NCBI GenBank assembly: GCA_951406725.2
Contig: OX597819.1
Span: forward strand, 130,076,001 to 130,140,000
DNA from: Octopus vulgaris
Lineage: Eukaryota
Reading direction: 5' to 3'
Length of the DNA stretch: 64,000 bases
Below, piece by piece: positions 42,078 to 56,203 of this stretch. How positions within the stretch are numbered: the first letter of the stretch is position 1; each line of letters starts with the position of its first letter. Below the pieces are notes generated by a model. That model was not told the origin of the DNA, did not search any database, and worked only from the letters and a program-made list of their open reading frames with translations. The position numbers were made by a program, and so were the translations under genes.

Positions 42078-42201
42078 CTAATATAGGATGAAGCTTTTTT
42101 TCTGTAGTGGGTACATAATAATATGTGGAAATTGACGATTTAAAAGTCTGTTATCAGCATATTGGCATAGAAATAATATTCTTTTGCCCATGTTTATAAG
42201 T

Positions 42202-42278
<77 letters not shown>

Positions 42279-42289
42279 ACACAAAAAAC

Positions 42290-42450
42290 ATAAAAAAACA
42301 ACAACGTGAAGACGTGGAACAAATAAAGTATTATTGGACGCTCAGGAAAGAAGGGAAGAAGGAGGGTTTAACGTTTCGAGCGGAGTTCTTCGTCGGAAGC
42401 ATAGGAGAAGGAAAGATCCCGAGAAGGGAAGACAGAGGAAAAAAAATCGC
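42290..42450 (-). mobile_element. Penelope-LTR-like fragment with hammerhead-like motif
   Basis: Minus strand CCGACGA-A-GAAC-TCC-GCTC-GAAA-CG-TT-AAAC; within (TA)n. Confidence 0.65.
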
Positions 42451-42487
42451 CAGCGGTATATATATACATATATATATATATGTATAT

Positions 42488-42535
42488 GGCGGTGCCCCAG
42501 CATGGCCACAGCTCGTGAGCTGAAACTAGATAAAA
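42488..42535 (+). mobile_element. Extremely 5'-truncated LINE tail
   Basis: ggcggtgccccagcatggccacagctcgtgagctgaaactaga matches the 3' end of the LINE at 13286-13821. Confidence 0.75.
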
Positions 42536-42854
42536 TTTTAAAAAATTTTTTAAAAATATAATGACAAAGGCAGCTTTATGCAACATTAAACCAAAAAGGA
42601 AAATCTCACTTTTCACTAAAGATTACTGACGGTGCAGGGTAGCATCTACCCTTAGGGCCACAAGGAAACATGTCGATACATTGATAGGGGAGACAGTTGC
42701 CTTACAGCGAGCAAAATCACTGTAGTAGCCCACTTTCGCTTAAAATTAAAGCTCATCAGTAGTGACCACTCCATCGCTGGCTGGTTTGGCTAAAACCCGA
42801 CTGTCAGTGTATAGTATAGAAATCATCAATTGGTGGTACAGCAAAATGGTAATG

Positions 42855-42884
<30 letters not shown>

Positions 42885-42890
<6 letters not shown>

Positions 42891-43054
42891 TAATCCAAAC
42901 ATGAAAACACAAAGAGAAAACACAACCACGTGGAACAAGTATAGTGTTATTGGACGCTCAGGAAAGGAAAGAAAGAAGGACGATTTAACGTTTCGAGCAG
43001 AGCTCTTCGTCAGAAACATAAGAAGAGGAAAGATCCAACGAAGGGAAGACGGAG

Positions 43055-43056
<2 letters not shown>
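42885..43056 (-). mobile_element. Penelope-LTR-like fragment with hammerhead motif
   Basis: Minus strand gttt-CTGACGA-A-GAGC-TCT-GCTC-GAAA-CG-TT-aaat; same family as 42290-42450. Confidence 0.7.
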
Positions 43057-43090
<34 letters not shown>

Positions 43091-43376
43091 GCACACGCAC
43101 AAACAAGGTTACCTAATAAAAGAATAAAAACAATATTTAGTATACCCCGTTAAAAAGTTCAATCTCTGAATAATTTTTACGTGAGAACTTCAGGGATATC
43201 ACCAAGCTATCATTTTAGAACCAGTGGTTTAGACGAATTAGGATATATATTAATAAATAATTTAATCTATTTTTCGCACATATACAAATACACATAACTT
43301 CTTCTTTACACACACACACATGTATGTGTGTGTATATATATGTATGTACATATTCACCTCTATCTATACACACACG

Positions 43377-43416
<40 letters not shown>

Positions 43417-43430
43417 CATCTGTGTGTGCG

Positions 43431-43462
<32 letters not shown>

Positions 43463-43514
43463 CATCTCCACATACACTCGCAGGAGTGCGTAATCAAATA
43501 TTCCACAGATTAAT

Positions 43515-43515
<1 letters not shown>

Positions 43516-43607
<92 letters not shown>

Positions 43608-43609
43608 AC

Positions 43610-43668
<59 letters not shown>
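43516..43668. repeat. Long (CA)n
   Basis: Visible. Confidence 0.95.
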
Positions 43669-43672
<4 letters not shown>

Positions 43673-44134
43673 AACATGACGCTAGTGTCCGGTAGATGGA
43701 TAAAATTGTTGAAGTAGCTTGTTGCCAAAAGATCAAATTCATAGGGGTGAACAATCTTCGATGCCTTTAGGCGATTGTGCAAGAAATGAAGACTGTATCC
43801 ACAACAGAGGAGAACCAGCTCGGGTAAACGATATGACGACAACTCTAACAACAAAACCAGAACAAAAAATATGAACAATAATAATAAAAAATGCAGACCT
43901 TTTGGCCTGCTCTCCCTCTTCGCCTCCGAAGGAAAAGATGGAATTACAGTTAAATATGACATTAATTCGTATAATTAAAGCATTTTAAATGTGTGGGTGG
44001 AGGTGAGGAAGGGTAAGAGGTAATGTGTGTGGAGTGAAAAATTGTGAGAATGAGAGGGAGAGTGTGTGTGTGTGAGGAAGGGAATGAGAAGATGAAGTCG
44101 AGAGTCGAGGAGAAGGGAAAAGAAAATGTAAGAC

Positions 44135-44136
<2 letters not shown>

Positions 44137-44184
<48 letters not shown>

Positions 44185-44191
44185 AGAAGGA

Positions 44192-44223
<32 letters not shown>

Positions 44224-44470
44224 AAGAAAGAGCGAGAGAGAGAAAGAGAGAGAGAAAGAAAGAGCGAGAGAGAGAAAGAAAGAGATAAGCAGACAGACAG
44301 GCAGGCAGACAGATAGATAGATGGATAGATAGATGGATAGATAGATAGGCAGGTTCGAAGGTAGATAGACAGGGTGAAACAGAGGGAGAGAAGATGAGAC
44401 ACAGGAAGGGAGGGAGGCGAGAGAGAGAGAGAAAGAGGGAGATAAAGAAGGGGTGGAGAAAAGAGAGGAC
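44137..44470. repeat. Purine-rich (GA)n/(GATA)n tract
   Basis: Visible. Confidence 0.9.
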
Positions 44471-44649
44471 AGCTGATACTAAAATGTTCAAACATGAGAA
44501 AAATTGTAGATCCTTATTAACGTCCTCCTCCTTCCTCCTCTTCCTCCTCCTCCTCCTCCTCCTCATCATCATCATCATCAGCAGCAGCAGCAGCAATAAG
44601 ACAAGAACAACAACAACAACGTCAGCAACAACCACAGGGTTTATTATTT

Positions 44650-44830
44650 GACCAAACTCGTTAGAGTCGGACAGAAATACTTGGAGATGTTTTGGTTCGG
44701 CTCTTTTTGCGCCGTGAGTTCAAATCGCTCGGAAATTAACGTTGACTTTCATCCTATCGGGGGACGGAAAAGTACACAAGATTAATCCCAACCCTAAATT
44801 TCAGGGCTCGTGCCAATATTAGGAAAAAAT
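44650..44830 (+). mobile_element. Diverged SINE family C (duplicate at ~57540-57730)
   Basis: gtgagttcaaatc...gactttcatcctatcgggg...aaatttcagggctcgtgcc. Confidence 0.7.
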
Positions 44831-44891
44831 TACTGTTATTACGGTTAACATGATTGGTAGTAGTAGTCGCAATAGTAGTAGTAGTAGTAGT

Positions 44892-45033
<142 letters not shown>

Positions 45034-45350
45034 AAGATTACGCAGAAGAGGAGGAGGAGAAGGGGAAGAAGGAGTGAGAAGGAGAAAAAGAGGATGAGAG
45101 TAGAAAAGAAGGATGAGGAGGGGAACAAGATGAAAGCCATTATTTCAACAAGACAACCAAATCGTTTGCAGGCTACAACAACGAGAACAACAACAACAAC
45201 GTGAACAACACTTATGAGAACGAAGGAAGATCTAACAAAGCAATACCGGTGAAGGTGATGCTGCGATGTGGGGGCTGGGAAACGGTGGGGGACGGTTTCT
45301 TGCTTTTAAAAGGTGGATGCGTTCGTGTATGTATGTGTATGCGTGTGAAT

Positions 45351-45404
<54 letters not shown>

Positions 45405-45695
45405 TTGTGTGTGTTTAGTGGGTCACGATATTAAAGCAATCGACATTCCCTCCTCTCAAACGATGGGGCTAAATTGAACTGAACTCCTGGTGGCGGCGGC
45501 GGCGGTGGTGCTATTGGTGAATATTGTTGTTGTTGTTGTTGTTGTTGTTCTTGTTGTGATGGTGGTGGCGTGATGGGTGATGGCTGTAAGAATAACACAG
45601 TTAAGTTGGGTGGGGGTGGTGGATCGCAGAAAGGTTTGTAACTCTTGTGCACGAGCCAAACAACCACACTCCCTCCACACACAAGCACACACACG

Positions 45696-45754
<59 letters not shown>

Positions 45755-46202
45755 CGTGTCTGTCGGTGAAGAAGTGAAGAATTCAAGACGTGAAGATTTC
45801 AAGTGGCGTTGATTACAACCATGATCCCTGCTCCTGCAAGCAGCCTCTCACGTTACAGATTTTTCTTTATTTATAAATTTCATGTGGCAATCCATAATTT
45901 TTGTTTTCTTTCTTATTTTGTTCCTTTTGTTTATTTCTTCTAGTTTGATGTATCGCTTCTGAAGTTGTGGCGCCGTGGCACTGAATAGAGCTGTGATACT
46001 GTGAAAATTGTTAGGAGCTGTGGCACTGGGGGATATAATGTGGCACTGTGACACTGTGAGGCCATGACTCTAAGATATTACGTTACACAGTAACGCTGTA
46101 TAGTGTTGATGTCTTTGTGGAAGCTTGTTAAGATTCATTTTTGGTAATTTTAATGGTTTAATTTCTAAATTAAACTAGTTAAATTTTAGGTTAACTTTAT
46201 AT

Positions 46203-46416
46203 TTCTTTCTACTATAGGCACAAGGTCTGAAATTTTAGGGAGAGGGCTAGCCAATTACACCGATACCAGTGTTTGACTGGTGCTTATTTTATCGACTCCG
46301 AGAGGATGAAAAGCAAAGTCGACCTCAGCGAAATTTGAACTCGGAACATAAAGACAGACGAAATATTTAGCGGCATTTCATGCGGTGCGCTAACGGTTCT
46401 GTCAGCTCGTCACCTT
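46203..46416 (-). mobile_element. SINE family C (duplicate at ~59114-59327)
   Basis: Matches family C. Confidence 0.85.
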
Positions 46417-47499
46417 AGTTTATTTTATAATATCCCCAACGAATCTTTCAGACGCTGTTTAATTTATATAATTTTTGTAAAATACGCAAACTGCCATTTT
46501 CCGAACTAGAGTATAGATAAATTTCTTCTAATGCTTCGGAAGTTCTGACACTATTTACCTTTTCAAAGAACCATAAATAATAATGCGCGTGTCCCTGAGT
46601 CACATGTATAAGGTTGAGAATATAATGGTCATCACCAACCAGTATTTTTGCTGGGGCACCACCTCAGCACCTAACTGTGAGTCAACCATCCTCCGTCACA
46701 TGTCAACCTGGTGCCTTAATAGTTTCCATTGAAGATCCAAAACTTTAGGCAGGAGACATTAGCAAATCCAGCCAGTCGGCGCCAGAGGAATAAAAGACAA
46801 ATTAGTTTCCATTTCATTCTTCGGAGACCTCCGCCAGTTTAGGGATAATTTGCAAGCTCTCGTATCCAGATCTTCCGCCAAACATATGATATGCTCCTTG
46901 TAACATGATCTTTGCTCCATAATTATTACTCCGTGATCCTTGTTCCTTTATTCTTGACCTATGATGATCCTTGCTCCTGTAAGCAGCTTCGATAAATTGC
47001 ATATGCACAGTGTCGATGTATAATCAGTATTATTTCTGAAGCACTGACGTCGTGACACTGAATGCAATTGTGACGCTGTGATACGGTGCTTCTGACATCG
47101 TGATATAGTGTGCAACTATGACGCTGCGAATGTGCATTTGTGTGGCTATTCTAGCATGTAAAACTGCGATACCCTAATACAACATGTAACTGTGGCCCTG
47201 ACAATTTGTGTATCTAAGATGTTGCGACATTGTGTCGAACTGGGCTGTTAGGAGGCTGTGACGTAATGAAGTAGCAAAGATCGACTGAGCTATGGGAATA
47301 CAGAAATTTGCGGAGGTAGTTATTCGTAGATTTCGCTTACAGTTTGAACAGAATTTAAGATTTAAATCCATAAATGAATTTCCCAAAAGACATGATTGTC
47401 TAAATTTTAAATTTGACATTCTTTTGTACTATAAAAGCTTCAAGTAATTATTATAGGGAAGCGGCATTTATTTTATGATGTATGCACTGTATATATATA

Positions 47500-47539
<40 letters not shown>

Positions 47540-47570
47540 ATATATATGTATATATATATATTTGTGTGTA

Positions 47571-48245
47571 TGTTCCTGGATTCTCAGAACTTTCCAGTCG
47601 AGAGATATCCACACCATTATCCTTCTCTTCTCCACTTTTGCCCGACCCCACCTTGAATACTGTTGTCCACTGTGGTCTCCCCACACAAAACAAAGTATCA
47701 TAAAAGTTGAAGCACCTCAAAGGGCAATCACAAAAAAGATAGATGGCATGACAGGCCTCGACTATTGGGGTCGACTAGAAAAACTAAAACTTTATTCTTA
47801 CCTCCAACGTCGCCGTGTGCGCTACACCATCTGCATGATGTGGAAAATATTCCATCAGCATTGCCCAAATGATGTTGGCATCACCTTTTAGGTACATCCA
47901 AGGCTTGGGCCCCGTGCCATCCGCCCACAACAAAAGTCGCACTCTCATCTCATAACAACAATACGGCACAATTATTTCACCTCAATTTGCCCCGCTCTCT
48001 TTAACATTACACCAAAACACATTAAAACAGAAACTGACCCTATAGGGTTCAAGAAGTCTTTGGACAGATTCCTTCAAGAAATCCCGGATAAACCCCCTAC
48101 ACCCGGATATGTCTCTGTAAACAATAACTCTCTACTTGAGTGGGCCATAGTGCCCTTTTCTGACTTGAAAGACTTCACCAGGTGGTGCTATTAAGTTAGA
48201 CATGGCCTGGGCCAATAATGGCCGAAACCTATCAAAGTATCAAAG

Positions 48246-48247
<2 letters not shown>
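47571..48247 (+). mobile_element. CR1/L2-group LINE 3' end
   Basis: SWILRTFQSRD...RPHLEYCCPLWSPH...QRAITKKIDGMTGLDYWGRLEKLKLYS.LQRRR; later FKKSLDRFLQEIPDKP; tail (tatcaaag)2; within (TA)n. Confidence 0.92.
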
Positions 48248-48295
<48 letters not shown>

Positions 48296-48593
48296 TATAT
48301 ACATATGTATGTATATATACATACATACAAACATACATACTTTATATACATATATGTGTGTGCGTGTGTCTGTAAAACACATACACATGCTCTATACAAT
48401 GCATATTTGTGATTGACTATTTGTGCAGAGGAAGTATAGATAACATGTTATACCCTGCTTGTACTCATGCAACATACATGATCTATTGATATAAATATGA
48501 TAAACAAGATACATATACAATCAATTGTGCACATGACATGAAGTCACACACATACATGCACACGTATGCGCACACTTAAATGCATATATTAAT

Positions 48594-48657
<64 letters not shown>

Positions 48658-48755
48658 TCTGCCTACCTACCTGCCTACCTATCTACCTATCTGTTTGTTT
48701 GTCCGTCTCTCTGTTTGTCTGTCTGTTTGTCTATCTAACTACCAATATCTATCTA

Positions 48756-48821
<66 letters not shown>

Positions 48822-48850
48822 TAAGTAAGTAACAAAGAGGTACAGGGGTC

Positions 48851-48930
48851 AATTCCTTACGGCCGTTTCTGACAACTGATTAATGAGAACATGACATCGG
48901 TACAAACAAACCGTTTTCATCTGATGAATT
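48851..48930 (-). ncRNA. Degenerate hammerhead-like motif (duplicate at ~61784-61863)
   Basis: Minus strand aattcat-CAGATGA-...-GAAA-CGGCCG-TA-aggaatt; palindromic stem III, mutated core. Confidence 0.4.
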
Positions 48931-49430
48931 TATGATTTTCAAACGTAAACGACAGTTCAACTTACTCAACATAGTTAACAAATTCACGGTGTAAAAATAT
49001 TTAAATTGATCCTGCTACCATTCAGTTAGCAGACGCATATATATACATATATATATGAATGAGTTTTGTGTATTTTATAGAAGCCTTAATATAAAGAGAA
49101 TACAAAGAAATTAAAAATTTGAAAAAACATAAAAATTATTAAAATGTGCTTCTGTCTGTTTTATCATTGGTTTGATAAACAGTGTTTCACTTGAACCATC
49201 CTAACTCAAGCTTAAATAACATTTACATACATACTCACATATACATGCTCATATAGCAGAACATTTATATGTAAATATAAGCATATACATACACATGTTC
49301 ATATACATGCATTAAATGAACACACATAAATACATATATATATATATATAAGAATTTCGTATCTTGCCCTTCCCATTCTTCTTCTGTTTCTCACTCACCT
49401 CCCACTGTATATATATATATATAATTCATA

Positions 49431-49501
<71 letters not shown>

Positions 49502-49940
49502 ATATATATATATATACATATGTATATGATATATATGCATATACACACATATATATGTATGTATGTATGTACGAATGTATGTATGTATGTATGTATGTAT
49601 GAATGTATGTATGTATGTATGTATGTATGTATGTATGTATGTATGTATGTATGTATGTGCGTATGTATGCATGTATGTATGCTTATAAACATGTATGCTT
49701 GGGTTGGCCAGAAACCACCAGACATTTCATTTTTTTCAAAATATATTTTAGTCAGTAACGTAAATTGTTTCAAATATTTTTGATATTAAAAAAAAAACTG
49801 CACACGCAAACTTGTCTGTCAAAATATTGGAATTATTATCATTATCATCACTATCATTCGAAGAAATCATTATCAACATAAAAAGATTTTCATTATTATT
49901 ATTATTATTATTATTATCATCATCATCATCATCATCATCA

Positions 49941-50019
<79 letters not shown>

Positions 50020-50033
50020 CATCATCATCATCA

Positions 50034-50079
<46 letters not shown>

Positions 50080-50366
50080 TGTTGTTGTTGTTGTTGTTGT
50101 TGTTGTTATTATTATATAAATCATTTTGTTAAATTGCCAGAAAAAATGTATAATGTATACAAATAGAAAAATATTCAAAAGATTAGAACACACACACGCA
50201 AACACAAATACACACACACACACACATATATATACACAGACACGCATACAAGCATATATGCATGTAAAAAAAAAAACAACTACAACAAAGACGGTGACGA
50301 GGACCATGATTATAGTGCTGATGATGATGATGATGATACTACAACTACTTCTGCTGCTGCTGCTGC

Positions 50367-50430
<64 letters not shown>

Positions 50431-50431
50431 T

Positions 50432-50535
50432 AGAAGAAGAAGAAGAAGAAGAAGAAGAAGAAGAGGAGGAGGAAGAAGAAGAAGAAAAAGAAGAAGAGGA
50501 GGAAGAAGAAGAAGAAAAAGAAGAAGAGGAAGAAA

Positions 50536-50569
<34 letters not shown>

Positions 50570-50646
50570 AGAAGAAGAAGAAGAAGAAGAAGAAGAAGAA
50601 GAAGAAGAAGAAGAAGAAGAAGAAGAAGAAGAAGAAGAAGAAGAAA
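50432..50646. repeat. (GAA)n pure-purine tract
   Basis: Visible; shorter version at ~63303-63496. Confidence 0.95.
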
Positions 50647-51086
50647 TGTTTTTTTCTTTAAATACAATATTATTTTGAATTTATTTCGCCAAATATTCCT
50701 GTCCTACAGAATACAGACATGTATAAAAAATACACACAATATATTTGATATTTGTGTGTTTTATATCCTTCGTATAAGTGCATGCGTGTATGGACATCTA
50801 TGTGAGTAGATGTGTGTACATAGATATGTGCTTGTGTGTGTGTATGTGTGTCTGTATGTGTGTGTTTGAGCGCGTGTGTGTGTGTGTGTGCATGCACGTT
50901 CTCTGGTTCTTGTATCGGCATCGTTTGTGTTTGTTTGTGAATTTATAAGTGGAATATACTGGACAAGCGTTTGCTCATTTGTGTTCTGGAGGATGACTGC
51001 AGATGCTATACATACATACATACATACATACATACATACATACATACATACATACATACATACATACATACACACATACATACATG

Positions 51087-51222
51087 TTAGTTAGTTAGTT
51101 AGTTAATTTTGGGGTTCAAAAAGCGAAAAGCAAGGCCATGTAGGGGGACATGGAGTTATCTACAGGGTGGTGTTCATGTAAATAGTTCAGGCCATTTGTG
51201 GTCAAGGGAGACTTTAAACCGA
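51087..51222 (-). mobile_element. Short CR1-type LINE 3' end with (CTAA)n tail
   Basis: Minus strand FKVSLDHKWPELFT* then a short UTR and (taac)n. Confidence 0.55.
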
Positions 51223-51230
51223 ACATAAAT

Positions 51231-51306
<76 letters not shown>

Positions 51307-51318
51307 CTGTGTGTGTGT

Positions 51319-51600
51319 GGAGGCGCAATGGCCCAGTGGTTAGGGCAGCGGACTCGCAGTTGTAGGATCGCGGTTTCGATTCCCAGATCGGGCGTTGTGA
51401 GTGTTTATTGAGCGAAAACACCTAAAGCTCCACGAGGCTCCGGTAGGGGGTGGTGGCGATCCCTGCTGTACTCTTTCGCCACAACTTTCTCTCACTCTTT
51501 CTTCTGTTGGCCTGCTCGCTTAGCCATCGGAGTGGCGTCATTGTGACCAGCGATGTGTAGCAACATCTGATAGCCTGGTCGGTCACGGTGATCACGGTGA
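51319..51600 (+). mobile_element. SINE family B with small internal deletion
   Basis: Matches 11099-11408; deletion lies between catt microhomologies. Confidence 0.9.
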
Positions 51601-51731
51601 TATACATATATATATATCTATAGGTATCCTCAAACTGTTTTGAGCCATACATGTGACTCCCAATAAATGTGTTGAGTGATCTTCTTTTGTTTGTCCACTC
51701 ACTCGTAAAGATACACACGTACGCACGCACG

Positions 51732-51808
<77 letters not shown>

Positions 51809-53153
51809 TCTTAATGTCATGACAATTCAGGAACTTCGAGAGGTCATGAAATATTTACTCTTTGGGAACGGTGAAAATCCGAGCAGAATAAGATAATAAT
51901 TGATTGTAAATATCAGGGTGAAAACCTTTTTAGGCAGAGAAAGTTGAAGGGTTATATACGTACGTGCATGCACGCACATATGAATGCATGCATTCAAGTA
52001 TGCATGTGCACATTGTACGCATATAAGAATGCACTAACGGTTGCCGACATAGGCATCATTTCACATGTTATACTTTAAACTTATATGTTAAACTTTTAAA
52101 ATGTTTCGCATATTTCGACAGTGTTTTCGATATTTTGTATGTTGTAGGGTCTTGATTAATCGTGTTCTTTGGTTTCTGAAACATAGGTCATCAAAATTGG
52201 TACTGAGGCTGTTCGTCAAGTTATCAAATGCTCTAATATCCATAGGTAGAAATTGTAATCAATAGTCACCGTTTCTCATCGGATCCACACAAATGCTGCC
52301 CTTTTCACTAATCTATAACATTATGTCAACACTTTCTAGATGACTGCTTTCAACTGATAAACCCTGATCATTATGTCGGGTCTATTAATCTAGGTTTTTA
52401 TTGAAGCCTTGACAGGAAAATTTTACTGGTATTTCATATTAAGTGCGACTATGTCTTCCACACATCTGCAGTGCCTTATATTTTTGCAAGTGTGAATAGG
52501 TGTGGATGTATATATTTATGTATGTGTGTATGTGTATATTGGAATATCCTCAGTTATCGCTACTTGAGAAAAACTTTGGCTGAGAGGCAGGCCGACTAAA
52601 TAGATAACAACCCATGTCGAAAATTTCGCATGAATTCATTGTATATTAGAAAAATAAACTGACCCCGAAAACTTTATCTTTTTTAATTTGGAGGTGCCTT
52701 GTATTCATAAATTGATTAATGAGCAAGGTGTCTTAAATTTTAGGACCTATAAAATGAAAAATACTAAAAGAATATCAAATATTGTCTTTAATCGCTGTTG
52801 ATGACGATGTGCTTGTTCCGACCGATGTGCAAGTTGTTCCAATTCTTACTATTTCGTCCTGTTTTCGTGTATTCTTCATTTAGGGCGACGCCAACAAATA
52901 TATCTTAGCTTTTACTTATTTATTTGTTTGCTTATTTACCTACTTTTTGCGTATATTTTTGAAAGACAATCGAATGTGATTTAAGAGATAACTGGCCACT
53001 ATTTTTAGCTTTTTTAATCACTGTAGAGAGCATTCCTCCTGGGCTGGAAGTCCTATTTTAAAGAATGTTAACGATTTTTCTTGAAATAAAGTTTTCTTCA
53101 CTTAGTAGGACCCAGTCCTCCTCTTCCTCCTCCTCGTCCTCCTCCTCCTCCTC

Positions 53154-53192
<39 letters not shown>

Positions 53193-53199
53193 ACTACTA

Positions 53200-53290
<91 letters not shown>

Positions 53291-53549
53291 ATAAACGTTT
53301 CATTCTTCTGACTTGTTATATGTGAATTAGCTCTATTTCCTTCCGAGTGTTTTAAGTTCGAACACTCTAAGATAAATAAATATAAAAAAAAAGATAAATA
53401 AATAACTAGCTACATAAGTGATTAATTAAAAGAAATAATCAGTTATAATAATTGCTTATTTAGTTATGAATTCATTAGCAAAAAAGCGTTCACACCCAAT
53501 TCGATTTATTTTATAAAATAATTTTCTAAATTTATTAAATATATATATA

Positions 53550-53628
<79 letters not shown>

Positions 53629-53964
53629 ATTATCTTTGACAACATCGTTAAGGATGTTTTTGGCATTTATTCAAGTATTAATAACGAGTCTATATGACAA
53701 ATTACATATGTTGAGTTATAAAGTAGAATAAGTTATGTAATATGGTTAATTAATTATATATGTTATTTTAATGTCTGTATATATACATATATTTAAGAAA
53801 TGTTTTTATATGAAACCACTGATGTACTTGATACACGTTACTATTGAAAGCGTGTAATGCTAGTCTATATACAAATACACACGCACGCGGGCGGGCGGGC
53901 ACACAAACACACACACGTACATATATACATAATGCATGTGCGTGCATGAGTATATATGTATGGG

Positions 53965-53995
<31 letters not shown>

Positions 53996-54109
53996 CTTTA
54001 GTGTCCTACAACTTTGCAAAATTTTTTAGGACAAGAACCAAATAAAGAGTCGAAAAAATGGGTGAGGGTTACAGACGGAATTGACTTTCACTAAAAGCGT
54101 TAAACAAAT

Positions 54110-54490
54110 CCTTTCGAAAATTGAACCAGACGGCATTCACTAAAAGAATTAAGGGTACGACTGACCATCACTCCAGCGCCACCGTGAGCGATACATCATA
54201 TGCACAATGTGGAGAAAATACCACCATCATTGCCCAGACGACCTCAACATTAGTTCCAGAGTTCATTCAAGGCTAAGACCACGGGCCATACTCTCCAACC
54301 CAATCCAGATCACAACACACAAATACACTGCAGTATAATTTTTTTCCTTCGACATTTAAACATTGCCCTATTTAACATTGTCTCTAAACAGATGAAGGAG
54401 GGAAATAATCCCATCACCTTTAAACGGAATCTGGACAAATTTCTTCAGGGAACATCAGAAACATATCTAAATTAACAAGAACTCCCTACT
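54110..54490 (+). mobile_element. Older CR1/L2-group LINE fragment related to 47571-48247
   Basis: LQRHRERYIICTMWRKYHHHCPDDLNI; FKRNLDKFLQ. Confidence 0.8.
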
Positions 54491-54500
54491 CGAATGTTAT

Positions 54501-54581
<81 letters not shown>

Positions 54582-54717
54582 TTATATATATAACGTTTGT
54601 GGTTTTCTTAACCCTAAGTAAATTAATGATTAACTGACTGTTGGAAACCTGTAACCTAGATGTTATTGTGCGCAAGTTCCGTAACAAAAAACAATAATGG
54701 TAACAACGACAATAAAC

Positions 54718-55013
54718 ATGAAAGAAAGAGAAAAGGTCGACAAATATGGAAACCTGAAATTTGAGATCGCCAAGATATTGCTGCTGTGAGAGTCAAACAT
54801 AAATGTTGTTCCTGTTGTTATCGGAGCATTGAGATGAATACCACCAACCCGAAGAAATATCTGAATACTTTAGAAATATCCTACAATCTTGGTGTATTGC
54901 AAAAACCGACTTTACTTGGAACTCCACGCATACTGCACACTACGCAAAGAACTGTCTGTGGACCTTGTTGTGACTTGACAGACAATACAAGTCCCCGTAC
55001 ATACAATATCTTC
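54718..55013 (+). mobile_element. Degraded R4/Dong-like REL 3' end
   Basis: KEREKVDKYGNLKFEIAK..VVPVVIGAL..LQKPTLLGTPRIL. Confidence 0.75.
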
Positions 55014-55031
55014 AATCTACATCACAATAAT

Positions 55032-55425
55032 CCTTTCTGCTGGAGGCACAAGGCCTCAAATTTATGGAGTGGGGACTAATCGATGATATCAACCCCATCA
55101 TTCATCATCATTGTTCGACCGTGGAATTTACCATGCTACGCCAGACTTCACGGTCAATCACGGCATTACGGAGGTCCTGTTGCTGGATGCCTGTATCCCT
55201 GGAGATTACATCAGGGTAGGAGAGTGTGCGCCCTCTGGTATTGCGAGTAGATGGCTTCCAGAGGAGAAGAGGAGAAATTACTTCTTTTCAGCTCTACAAC
55301 AATGTCCAGCAAACTGGACTCTCCTACCTTTCACAAGAGATGACACAGGTGATAGTTCCCCAGTGAAACATTGATACTTAATTTATCGACCCCGAAAGGA
55401 CGAAAGGCAAAGTCGACCTCAGTGG
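55032..55425 (-). mobile_element. 5'-truncated SINE family C with 18-bp TSD, interrupted by an RTE fragment
   Basis: TSD aatctacatcacaataat at 55014-55031 and 55426-55443. Confidence 0.85.
55098..55357 (-). mobile_element. RTE-group LINE 3' end
   Basis: PVSSLVKGRRVQFAGHCCRAE / VISPLLLWKPS..RGRTLSYPDVISRDTG...DREVWRSMV; (TGA)n tail; flanking cccca repeat. Confidence 0.85.
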
Positions 55426-56171
55426 AATCTACATCACAATAATGGATACTGAGCGACGTCTTCAATAAGAGTAATAACAACAATGGTAATAACTATTTCT
55501 CTTTTATGCAAAAGCAAGCAATTTCGAGAGTAGGAATCTAGACGAGTACTTGGACTCCAGTCCCTGACCGTTATTTTATTTTATCGACATCGCAAGGATA
55601 AGAGGAAAAGTTGACTTCAGTGGAATTTTGAAATCAGAACATAAAGCGCCAAATGAAATATGCCAACCCATTCTGTCCAGCTCTGACGATTCTACCAATC
55701 CAAAGTCTGAAGCGATTTCGTCTATTACTTGACAATTCTATCGAAATCATTGCCCTCAGAAGCTGATAGCATATCGATTATACTGATGCGGACATGTTGA
55801 AGTAATCTCAAATTAGAAGCGTTGTAATTACAAGAATGCCGGGAATGTTGATAATGGTATGGGAATGTGGCGGTGGGGATGGTAACCAGCCATGATCACC
55901 GTATCATTTATTCTTCTGCGCAGGGAGCATTGTACCACTATCCAATGTGTCTTCTTTGAAACCGGCTGCCATTTCTAGGAAGGAAAACGACCACGTGCCG
56001 CCTCGGACTTGCCTGTTGTTGTTTTCGCTTATGTCGTTGTTGTTGTTGTTGTTGCTGCTGTGCTTGTGGTAATTGTAGGACGGTGGTGATGGTGGTGGTG
56101 GTGGTGGTGGTGATGGTGGTTTAAAGGTGGATGTGTTATTGTTGTTGTTGCTGTTACTGCAGCTGCTGTTG

Positions 56172-56203
<32 letters not shown>

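Noticed and set aside
46814-47419. Two short minus-strand ORFs (64 and 81 aa) present in both duplicate blocks
   Set aside because: Identity only reflects the duplicated block; no recognisable domain or splice support
50432-50646. Poly-Arg protamine-like ORF
   Set aside because: It is a (GAA)n microsatellite whose length differs in the duplicate block
51087-51104. Telomeric repeat
   Set aside because: Short (TTAG)n, not TTAGGG; better explained as a LINE tail
52050-52420. Possible Tc1/mariner transposase remnant (YNFYLW motif, minus strand)
   Set aside because: Only one weak motif, too degraded to support
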